DNA of 64,000 nucleotides from Escherichia coli (lineage in GTDB: Bacteria > Pseudomonadota > Gammaproteobacteria > Enterobacterales > Enterobacteriaceae), in NCBI RefSeq assembly GCF_003018255.1, contig NZ_CP027440.1; one strand, given 5' to 3'. Shown in pieces: positions 56,091-64,000 of the stretch. Both the position numbers and the translations under genes were made by a program. Under the pieces are notes generated by a model that was not told where the DNA came from, did not search any database, and worked only from the letters and a program-made list of their open reading frames with translations. How positions within the stretch are numbered: the first letter of the stretch is position 1; every line of letters begins with the position of its first letter.

Positions 56091-57089
56091 TTAGCGTTTC
56101 GCTTTACTGCTACGCTGAGTCAGCAAGATATTCGCCAGCACCGCCACCACGATGATGACGCCGCGCACCACCTGCTGGAAAAAGGAGTTAATCCCGAGCA
56201 GCACCAGACCGTTACCGATTAGCGTAATCACCAGTACGCCAAGCAGCGTACCGAACAACGAGCCGCGACCACCGGAAAGCGCCGTACCGCCAACCACGAC
56301 CGCGGCGATGACGTCAAACTCCAGACCGTTTGCGGCACCTGCGTTACCGGAACCGAGGCGCGCCGCCAACAAAATGCCGGTCACCGCCGCTAATAATCCC
56401 GAAAGGGTAAAGATAAGAATGCGTACCCGACGAACGTTAATACCGCACAACTGTGCTGCAGTGGCATTACCGCCAACGGCAAAAACCGAGCGCCCGAAGG
56501 CGGTTTTGCGGCTGATGAACACAAACAGCGCAAACAATACCATCATGATCAGCGCGGATACCGGCACACCGAGAAATTGTCCCCCCAGCCAGTCCAGCAC
56601 TTCGTTTTCATCAATCGGCACTGGCAAGGCGTTGGTCATAAACAGCCCCATTCCGCGCAGGGCGCTCCATAAACCCAGCGTGGCAACAAAACTTGGCACG
56701 TTAAACACGCCGCGCAGCACCCCGGCGAGCGTTCCCATCAGCGCGCCTAACAGCAACACCAGCAGACACGCCACCGCCAGCGGAACTTCAAATTGCAGCA
56801 AAAATGCCAGGCACACCGAGACAAAAGCCACCATCGGACCAACGCTGACATCAATTTCACCGGAGATAATAATCAGCGTCATCGCCCATGCGGCGATCCC
56901 GATGGTGGCGGCATCGCGCAGCACGTTCATCTGGTTATTCAATGAGATAAAGCCAGGCGCGTTCAGAGAGAAGACCAGATAAAGAATGGCGATCACCACC
57001 AGCAAACCGATCTCATTAATATGGCGACTGACAAATTGTTTGAGCGAGACGCTCTTGCCCTGCGGCAATAGTAATGACGAAGCAGACAT
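56091..57089 (-). CDS. yphD: ABC sugar transporter permease (332 aa)
   Basis: Polytopic membrane ORF of the ribose/xylose-type permease family, adjacent to yphE. Confidence 0.92.
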   Translation of the reverse strand: MSASSLLLPQGKSVSLKQFVSRHINEIGLLVVIAILYLVFSLNAPGFISLNNQMNVLRDAATIGIAAWAMTLIIISGEIDVSVGPMVAFVSVCLAFLLQFEVPLAVACLLVLLLGALMGTLAGVLRGVFNVPSFVATLGLWSALRGMGLFMTNALPVPIDENEVLDWLGGQFLGVPVSALIMMVLFALFVFISRKTAFGRSVFAVGGNATAAQLCGINVRRVRILIFTLSGLLAAVTGILLAARLGSGNAGAANGLEFDVIAAVVVGGTALSGGRGSLFGTLLGVLVITLIGNGLVLLGINSFFQQVVRGVIIVVAVLANILLTQRSSKAKR

Positions 57090-57113
57090 CTTCAGGTTCC
57101 TCGGTAAAATTCA

Positions 57114-58625
57114 TCAGTGCACAGACAGAATGGCGGACATCAGCTCATCCACATTGACCGGAGCGTGAAACTCCTGCGAGAACGTACCGTGCTGTAACAA
57201 CAGAATGCGGTCGCACACCAGCGGCAACTCCTCCACTTCACTGGAGATAAACACCACGCTTTTTCCTTCGGCAGCCAGCTCGCGGACAATACGGTAAATC
57301 TGCTGTTTGGCTTCGATATCGACGCCACGCGTTGGCTCGTCGAGCAACAAAATCTGGCTGGCGGCATAGACCCAACGACCGATCACCACTTTTTGCTGAT
57401 TGCCGCCAGAAAGCGTGCCGATGGGCGTTTCGCTACTGGCGGCCTTGACCGTCATCCGCTGCATCACCTCTTCGGTCAGGCGGCGGATGGTGGACCATTG
57501 CAGCACACCGTTGGCGCTGATTTTTTGCCGATTGGTCAGCACTGTATTTTCGTCAACGCCCAGCCAGGGAATGATCCCCGCATCTTTGCGGTTTTCTGGC
57601 GTATAGCCAATGCCGCGTTTCAGCATGTCGCCGTAATCGGGGCGAGTGATTTTCTCGCCGTTGATAACAATTTCGCCCTGTTCATACGTCTCCAGCCCAA
57701 CTATGGCTTTCAACAATTCACTGCGCCCTGCCCCCAGCAGGCCAGCAATGCCGAGTACTTCGCCACGACGGAGCGTAAAGCTGATATCCTCCAGCTTGGG
57801 CTTATGGCGTAACGCACGGACTTCCAGCACGGCCTGATCGACAATTTCCTGAGGGGAAACCGGCGCAATATCAACGTGATCGCGCCCGAGCATTAGCGAC
57901 ACAATATGATGCGTGGAGGTGTTTTCGAGCATCACATCGCCCGCCACCTGACCATCGCGCATAACGGTGGCACAGGAGGCAATGCGGCGAATTTCTTCCA
58001 TCCGGTGGCTGACATAAATCACCGCCACGCCCAGTGCCGACATCTTTTTCACCGCGCTGATCACCAGTTCAACCTCCGCACTGGCAAGCGAGCTGGTGGG
58101 TTCATCAAGAATGACCACGCGCGGCTCGCCCTTCATCACCCGCGCAATTTCCACCAGCTGCTTTTGCGCCGGGCTTAGTGTTGAAACAAGTTGTTCAGGA
58201 CTAACGTCAACGCCCAACGCCTGCAAGCAACGTTGGGCGTCCTGCGCCATTTGCAGGTAATCAATCATGCCGTTGCGGCGGGGCCACTGACCGAGGCAGA
58301 GGTTTTCCGCCACTGTCAGCCCTTCCACCAGACTTAACTCCTGATAAACCGCGCGTACCCCCAGTTCAGCGGCACGGCGAGTCAGCGTAGCTTCGTCACC
58401 TTCCAGTCGCGTCTCGCCAATCCAGATATCACCGCTATCCGGACGTTCGCTACCGGTAAGCATTCGAATGAGGGTCGATTTTCCCGCACCGTTTTTGCCT
58501 AACAGCGCACGAACTTCGCCTTTATTGAGCGTGAAGTTAACGTTATCCAGCGCAACGACGCCGGGATAACGCTTATTTCCTGCCACCACTTTTGCTACCG
58601 GGACTGCCTCTGTTGCTGTGAACAT
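57114..58625 (-). CDS. yphE: ABC sugar transporter ATPase with duplicated cassette (503 aa)
   Basis: Walker A GKNGAGKST, signature LSGGNQQK and a second degenerate cassette. Confidence 0.93.
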   Translation of the reverse strand: MFTATEAVPVAKVVAGNKRYPGVVALDNVNFTLNKGEVRALLGKNGAGKSTLIRMLTGSERPDSGDIWIGETRLEGDEATLTRRAAELGVRAVYQELSLVEGLTVAENLCLGQWPRRNGMIDYLQMAQDAQRCLQALGVDVSPEQLVSTLSPAQKQLVEIARVMKGEPRVVILDEPTSSLASAEVELVISAVKKMSALGVAVIYVSHRMEEIRRIASCATVMRDGQVAGDVMLENTSTHHIVSLMLGRDHVDIAPVSPQEIVDQAVLEVRALRHKPKLEDISFTLRRGEVLGIAGLLGAGRSELLKAIVGLETYEQGEIVINGEKITRPDYGDMLKRGIGYTPENRKDAGIIPWLGVDENTVLTNRQKISANGVLQWSTIRRLTEEVMQRMTVKAASSETPIGTLSGGNQQKVVIGRWVYAASQILLLDEPTRGVDIEAKQQIYRIVRELAAEGKSVVFISSEVEELPLVCDRILLLQHGTFSQEFHAPVNVDELMSAILSVH

Positions 58626-58647
58626 AGGGACCTCTGCGAATCAGCGA

Positions 58648-59631
58648 TTAGGGCAGACCATCAACGTGCGTTGCCAGCCACTGTTTACCGTCTTCCGTTT
58701 TGGTATAGAGATCGATTGGCACCTGAATCACTTTTTCACCGTCGGCTTGTTTATTGATAACCTTCAAAGTTTGCGCGAAAACAGCATTGCCCATTTTCTT
58801 ACCGGAAATATCCACCACCGCTTTCAGCACCTGATTGTTTTCCAGCTCCTGAGCAATTTCAGTGGTCATATCCGAACCGAAAACAGCAATTTTTCCGGCC
58901 TGATTTTGATTACGTACCGCTTTTACCGCGCCGAGTGTCGCACCGCCCGATTCCCCCATAATGGCGTTGAGATCCGGCGTGGAGATAATTAGTTTTTCAC
59001 CAACGGAAATCGCTTTATCTAAAACAGTCCCTTCCTGATTAGCGACTATTTGCGCGCCGGGAACGCGGGATTTTAATACCTCTTCAAATCCTTTACGTCG
59101 CTGCACACAAACTTCAAAGGCTTCGCAATTGATGACGGCAATTTTCGGCTGGTCAATTTTATTGGCAATAAAATAATCGGCGGCAGCGTTACCCAGTTTT
59201 TTACCAAATTCCAGCGGATCGCCGACCAGATACGCCGAGACATATTTATCGACACCTTTTTGATTAATACAGGTGTTGTAGCAAATCACCGGAATACCCG
59301 CTTCACTGGCGCGACGAACGGTACGACTACTGCCATTTTCAGACACTGCCGATAAAATAATGGCATCGACATTACGCGCCACGAGGGTATCAACAAAGGT
59401 ACTTTCTTTCGAAATATCGCCCTGAGCGTTAGTTTCAATTAACTGTACCTGTACTGAAGAATCTTTTGCCGCATCCTGAACGCCCTGACGCACTCCGGCG
59501 TAATATCCCTGGGTATCAAGGTATATTGCGCCAATAGTCATTTCTTTATCCGCAGCCCTGGCAAATAGTGCGCTACCCAATAGCGTAGCCATTAATAATA
59601 AATTACGGGTTCTTGTCATTTTTTTAGGCAT
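58648..59631 (-). CDS. yphF: periplasmic sugar-binding protein (327 aa)
   Basis: The signal peptide is MPKKMTRTRNLLLMATLLGSALFARA. It has an RbsB-like type I periplasmic binding fold. Confidence 0.92.
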   Translation of the reverse strand: MPKKMTRTRNLLLMATLLGSALFARAADKEMTIGAIYLDTQGYYAGVRQGVQDAAKDSSVQVQLIETNAQGDISKESTFVDTLVARNVDAIILSAVSENGSSRTVRRASEAGIPVICYNTCINQKGVDKYVSAYLVGDPLEFGKKLGNAAADYFIANKIDQPKIAVINCEAFEVCVQRRKGFEEVLKSRVPGAQIVANQEGTVLDKAISVGEKLIISTPDLNAIMGESGGATLGAVKAVRNQNQAGKIAVFGSDMTTEIAQELENNQVLKAVVDISGKKMGNAVFAQTLKVINKQADGEKVIQVPIDLYTKTEDGKQWLATHVDGLP

Positions 59632-59727
59632 AGTGCCTCCTGTAGGGTTTTTATTTACAACGGCTTATTTTAATTATTTGAGCGTGAGCGGCAGCGCGTG
59701 CCGCTCAAATATTACAGTTAATAAGGT

Positions 59728-62700
59728 TTAGTGAACGTAGCTAAAAATAAAAGGCATCACGGTGGTGAATAATGCCGCTTTCGGCCAGGCTGGATTAATC
59801 GCCATCAATTCAGCGCGAGCAGATTCATAGTGCGCAACCTCCCCGAGTCCCGCGGACGCCAGCATCGCCACCATCAGGCATTTTTCTTTATGCTGCTGTT
59901 GTAAATCGCCATACAGCGACAACAGGTCAGGTTGTGAAACAGCAAAGAAATCCGCCTCGATACTGGTTTTCGCCATCTCTTGCGCCCACTGTTTCATTTC
60001 ACTAAACAGTTGCTGTGCGGTGTGTTGTTCGCCCAGCAGTCGCAGCGCCATTCCTTGCCAGAAGAGATAATCAACCGGCTGATCGTTGTAATAACTGTGA
60101 ATGTTAATGGTGCGATCGCCAGTCGCCGCCAGACGTAAACAACGCGTCGCTTCAGTTTCATCGCCCTGCGCGTTGGCGCATATCGCCTGCCAGAACCAGA
60201 TGTCGTTGTCAGTTTGCCCCGGTAAACGGCCTTCGCTTAAATTCTCCGGATAATGCAACGCGGCATGAAGCAGTTCGCTGGCCTGCTGCGGCTCTCTGGC
60301 ATCAAGATGCTGCCAGGCGCGTAATAACTGGTTGAGGATAAACTGACTGGTGATCTTCCCTTCCCCGCCTTCCCACGGGTGGAATTTGCGCGTGGCGAGA
60401 ATGTCCGCCGCTTTGTCTGCCTGACCCGTGAGATGCCACAAATTGAGCAGTTCTGCGGTCATGTCGTCGCGTTTCAGCGCAATTTCCAGATTATTTTCCA
60501 GACGCGCCAGTCGTTTCTCCGGTGTGACACCGCTTAACTTATCCAGCAAATCCCGTTCGAAAAGCAGACGTGCATCCTGCGGCGCAAGCTGATAAGCATT
60601 ATCAAGATAACGCGCGGCCAGCTCATAATCGTGTTGCTTATTCCACGCATGGATCGCTAACCCGCGCCAGCCGTCGGCAAACTCCGGCGACATCTCTACG
60701 CAACGTTGCCATAAAGTAATGGCTTTGTTGTAGCTGCACTTGTTGTAGTAGAAGCAGGCCAGTAAATGACGGGCAAACCAGCACTCTTCAATACTCTCCA
60801 GCGCCGCCACTTCTTCCAGCGTATTCGGGAAACGGACAAACTGTGGGAAGACATCAATGGCTTTTGTGACCAGTTCGCCGCGTTCAGCTTTCGGCAGCAA
60901 GCTGGCTTGCAAGTAAAGCGGCAGCGTGCGCTGGCAGTCCAGTGCGTTCAGCATCTCTGCCGCCAGGGTGGGCATTCCCCAGTTAATCAGTTGCCCGGCG
61001 GTCATCAGGGCGTTAACGTCGCGTCCCTGACACAGACCGCGCCACTGCGCGAGGGCTGATTCGCTACGACCATCGAACCAGTTCAGCCACCACAGAGTGG
61101 CGTTCAGCGGATAATCACGCAGCAGTTTCTCGCGCTGCAAACGCGCGTTGTCCTGACGACCACTTAACACCAGCAGCAGATTATGCAGGCAAAGCACTTC
61201 CTGATTGGTTGGGCAGGCGCGAAGACTTTGTTGGCAAAAATCCAGACCAGCGTCGAAGTGACCATTACGCGCCGCCAGCCGTGCCAGACCATAATAGCCA
61301 CCTGCTTTACTGTTGCCGCTCCAGACCGCCCGCCAGAAATCCTCTTCGGCTTGTTGATATTGCCCCTGACGTTCGTAAGCACTGGCGCGAATCAAACTCG
61401 CCTGTCCGCACTGCGGATTTTTGTTTAGCGCATGTGCGCGTTTCAGCGCCTGAGTGGCATACGCCACCGCTTGCGGGAAATCTGCTCGGTTATATTCCAG
61501 CATCGCCAGCGCCAGGTTACAGCGATAATCCAGCGGATCCAGCGCCACGCCGCGCAGGTAGTAATCGAACGGTGAACGGCTGGCGTGATGATATTGCTCC
61601 AGATGCTGACCGATAAACCAGGCTTCATCTGTACTGGTAATGTCTTGTGCTGCCAGTGGCGCTTTGGCGACGTCCGGCAACGGCAACTCTTGCGGCTGAT
61701 GTTCCTGATAACTCAGTGTGATATTGCCGTCGGCATCGGAGAGTTCAATGGTCAGCCTTTCAGGATTGATACCGTGCAACACGCCCTGGATGGCGGTCGC
61801 TGGTGTCAGGGCCACGGCATCATCGAGCAACGCGTTGCATTTGCCGATTTCGCGGATCGCCAGACGGTATCCTTTCAACGGAGAGATGGCATACAGCCCC
61901 CACTCAATCCCCCGCTCGCTACGCTGGAGTTTAATCACCGCATCGCGGGAGGCGTTTTGCACCATGCCCAAAGAATGGTAAGGCAGGAAATACTGCTCAA
62001 AACGCTTCTCTTCGTAAGCATCAAGCCAGGTAAAATCGGGCTGGTTATCGGCAAAAATACCAGTCATCAGTTCGATATACGGGCCGTTATTGTCGGTCAG
62101 ACTCTTATCCCACGCCTGGCCAAATTCACTGTGTCCCCAGCTCCACTGTTTTTTACCTGGCGCAATATGGTGGTTGGCAACGTGCAGCAAACCGCCATCT
62201 TCATCGTGACACCACGCGCCAACAAAATCGTACTGTGATTTTTCAGCCATATATGAGGTTGGAACGGGCACATTTTTATAGCGAGAAATGTCCACTCCGG
62301 CGGAGTAGTCCACTTTGTAGTAAGTGCCGGTGGCGATGGGGAAAGCGGAGACGGCCCGTTTGCCGTGATCAAACACCGCCGTTACATCCGGCGGGAAGAC
62401 GCTCTGATGCCCTTCACCCCCTTTCACTGCCGGGTTGGCCCACCACAAGAAATGACGCGGCGTGGCGTTGCCGTTATAGACGCGGCTGGCAATTTCCAGT
62501 GCCGCCCGGTCAGGGCGCAGGGTGAAACCTGTCATCACCTGTAAACCGTGCATCGGCTCCGTTTCGCCGACCCACACGGTTTGTGCGCCGTCTTCATGGG
62601 CTTCGAGGGTGAAATCGACGGGCATAAAGGTGGTCGGGCGATGGTGTTGCGGCCAGTTAAACTCAATCCCGCCGGAGATCCACGGCCCCAGCAACCCCAC

Positions 62701-63009
62701 CAGCGCCGGTTTAATGACTTCATTATGATAGACAAAATCGCGCTGTTTCACTTTATCCCACGCGCGATGCACCCGACCGCCCAGCTCCGGCAGGATCATC
62801 ACTTTGATGTAGTCGTTTTCCAGCCACACCGCCTGCCAGGATTTCAGGGTTTTCTGCTCGCTCAGCGTATCGGTCACGCCGTAGGGATAAACCGCGCCGG
62901 ACGATCCCTGATAAACGCGATTTTCCAGGAACATGGGATGTATATCCTGCGGCCCGGTTTCATAGGTCGGGATCTCAACGCGCTCTTGCCACACTTTTAC
63001 TGGAGTCAT
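59728..63009 (-). CDS. yphG: large uncharacterised protein: N-terminal ~400-aa beta-rich domain plus C-terminal TPR array (1093 aa)
   Basis: Trimmed to the ATG 63007-63009 (MTPVKVWQERVEIPTYETGPQD), preceded by GAGGG. No signal peptide is evident. The C-terminal two-thirds are rich in TPR-like helical repeats. Confidence 0.9.
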   Translation of the reverse strand: MTPVKVWQERVEIPTYETGPQDIHPMFLENRVYQGSSGAVYPYGVTDTLSEQKTLKSWQAVWLENDYIKVMILPELGGRVHRAWDKVKQRDFVYHNEVIKPALVGLLGPWISGGIEFNWPQHHRPTTFMPVDFTLEAHEDGAQTVWVGETEPMHGLQVMTGFTLRPDRAALEIASRVYNGNATPRHFLWWANPAVKGGEGHQSVFPPDVTAVFDHGKRAVSAFPIATGTYYKVDYSAGVDISRYKNVPVPTSYMAEKSQYDFVGAWCHDEDGGLLHVANHHIAPGKKQWSWGHSEFGQAWDKSLTDNNGPYIELMTGIFADNQPDFTWLDAYEEKRFEQYFLPYHSLGMVQNASRDAVIKLQRSERGIEWGLYAISPLKGYRLAIREIGKCNALLDDAVALTPATAIQGVLHGINPERLTIELSDADGNITLSYQEHQPQELPLPDVAKAPLAAQDITSTDEAWFIGQHLEQYHHASRSPFDYYLRGVALDPLDYRCNLALAMLEYNRADFPQAVAYATQALKRAHALNKNPQCGQASLIRASAYERQGQYQQAEEDFWRAVWSGNSKAGGYYGLARLAARNGHFDAGLDFCQQSLRACPTNQEVLCLHNLLLVLSGRQDNARLQREKLLRDYPLNATLWWLNWFDGRSESALAQWRGLCQGRDVNALMTAGQLINWGMPTLAAEMLNALDCQRTLPLYLQASLLPKAERGELVTKAIDVFPQFVRFPNTLEEVAALESIEECWFARHLLACFYYNKCSYNKAITLWQRCVEMSPEFADGWRGLAIHAWNKQHDYELAARYLDNAYQLAPQDARLLFERDLLDKLSGVTPEKRLARLENNLEIALKRDDMTAELLNLWHLTGQADKAADILATRKFHPWEGGEGKITSQFILNQLLRAWQHLDAREPQQASELLHAALHYPENLSEGRLPGQTDNDIWFWQAICANAQGDETEATRCLRLAATGDRTINIHSYYNDQPVDYLFWQGMALRLLGEQHTAQQLFSEMKQWAQEMAKTSIEADFFAVSQPDLLSLYGDLQQQHKEKCLMVAMLASAGLGEVAHYESARAELMAINPAWPKAALFTTVMPFIFSYVH

Positions 63010-63126
63010 GGTGCCCTCAATATTAACAAGACATACTGAATTAAAAGATTTGTGGCAGTGTATTGAACAATCTGGCAATGTTTTCGCGGAATAATCACGC
63101 AATTAACTAAACAAGGTTTAGTGAAG

Positions 63127-64000
63127 ATGAGAGCCTGCATTAATAATCAACAGATTCGCCACCATAACAAATGCGTGATTCTGGAACTGCTGTACCGGCA
63201 AAAGCGCGCCAATAAATCAACGCTGGCCCGGCTGGCGCAAATTTCGATTCCGGCGGTCAGTAATATTTTGCAGGAACTGGAAAGCGAAAAACGGGTGGTG
63301 AATATCGACGATGAAAGCCAGACGCGCGGGCATAGTAGCGGTACATGGCTGATTGCGCCGGAAGGTGACTGGACGTTGTGCCTGAACGTGACGCCCACCA
63401 GTATTGAGTGTCAGGTTGCTAATGCTTGTTTAAGTCCGAAAGGTGAATTTGAGTATTTACAGATTGATGCACCGACGCCGCAGGCGCTGCTGTCCGAAAT
63501 CGAAAAATGCTGGCATCGCCACCGTAAATTGTGGCCGGACCGTACCATCAACCTGGCGCTGGCAATCCACGGTCAGGTTGATCCGGTGACCGGCGTGTCG
63601 CAAACCATGCCGCAAGCGCCGTGGACAACGCCGGTTGAGGTAAAGTATCTGCTGGAAGAGAAGCTCGGCATTCGGGTGATGGTCGATAATGACTGCGTGA
63701 TGCTGGCGCTGGCGGAGAAATGGCAAAATAATTCGCAGGAACGGGATTTCTGCGTGATCAACGTTGATTACGGCATTGGCTCGTCGTTCGTGATTAACGA
63801 GCAAATTTATCGCGGCTGTTTGTATGGTAGCGGACAGATTGGTCACACCATCGTTAATCCGGATGGCGTCGTCTGCGACTGTGGACGTTACGGCTGCCTG
63901 GAAACCGTCGCCTCGTTAAGTGCATTAAAAAAACAGGCGCGGGTATGGCTAAAATCACAACCGGTTAATACTCAGCTTGATCCTGAAAAACTGACAACAG
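63127..64000 (+). CDS. yphH: ROK/NagC-family transcriptional regulator, N-terminal ~291 codons (3' end beyond window)
   Basis: The frame is open from ATG 63127 to the window end: MRACINNQQIRHHNKCVILELLYRQKRANKSTLARLAQISIPAVSNILQELE (wHTH), then the ROK zinc motif CDCGRYGCLE. It is missing from the ORF track because no stop lies in the window. An upstream in-frame GTG at 63121 is an alternative start. Confidence 0.9.
   Translation, partial: MRACINNQQIRHHNKCVILELLYRQKRANKSTLARLAQISIPAVSNILQELESEKRVVNIDDESQTRGHSSGTWLIAPEGDWTLCLNVTPTSIECQVANACLSPKGEFEYLQIDAPTPQALLSEIEKCWHRHRKLWPDRTINLALAIHGQVDPVTGVSQTMPQAPWTTPVEVKYLLEEKLGIRVMVDNDCVMLALAEKWQNNSQERDFCVINVDYGIGSSFVINEQIYRGCLYGSGQIGHTIVNPDGVVCDCGRYGCLETVASLSALKKQARVWLKSQPVNTQLDPEKLTT

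Overview
The window reads as an Escherichia coli chromosomal segment collinear with the K-12 guaA-to-yphH region. I identified this from recalled protein sequences; no search was possible. Gene order is guaBA, xseA, yfgJ, der, bamB, yfgM, hisS, ispG, rodZ, rlmN, ndk, pbpC, yfhM, sseA, ryfA, sseB, pepB, the complete iscRSUA-hscBA-fdx-iscX cluster, trmJ, suhB, yfhR, csiE, hcaT, hcaR, hcaEFCBD and yphA-yphH. It is almost entirely coding. I saw no rRNA, tRNA, CRISPR array, IS element, integrase or prophage gene. Several ORF-track entries are 5'-over-extended (one starts at a TTG), and I trimmed them to the conserved ATG. Two real genes, guaA and yphH, run off the window edges and so are missing from the track. 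The one clearly accessory block is an ~11.7-kb insertion between xseA and yfgJ (4436-16097). It carries a three-gene minus-strand operon: sinH (intimin/invasin-type inverse autotransporter), sinI (325-aa secreted protein) and ratA (2684-aa protein built from nine ~270-285-aa modules). This matches the sinH-sinI-ratA part of the Salmonella CS54 island and is the best candidate for a poorly understood system here. Four observations stand out. (1) SinI looks like a chimera: its mature N-terminus matches the RatA N-terminus and its C-terminal ~125 aa are paralogous to the SinH C-terminal domain. (2) RatA has no beta-barrel or anchor of its own. (3) A 19-bp perfect inverted repeat sits inside the sinH signal-peptide codons. 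(4) Two strong hairpins lie between sinI and ratA. The second interesting locus is the sseA-sseB spacer. It holds a ryfA (TimP-like) type I toxin mRNA and two tandem copies of a divergent ~100-nt sRNA module. One copy has 17 nt of perfect complementarity to the ryfA 5' UTR. The other has a diverged seed and no toxin. Coordinates of RNA ends, promoters and domains are estimates made by eye.
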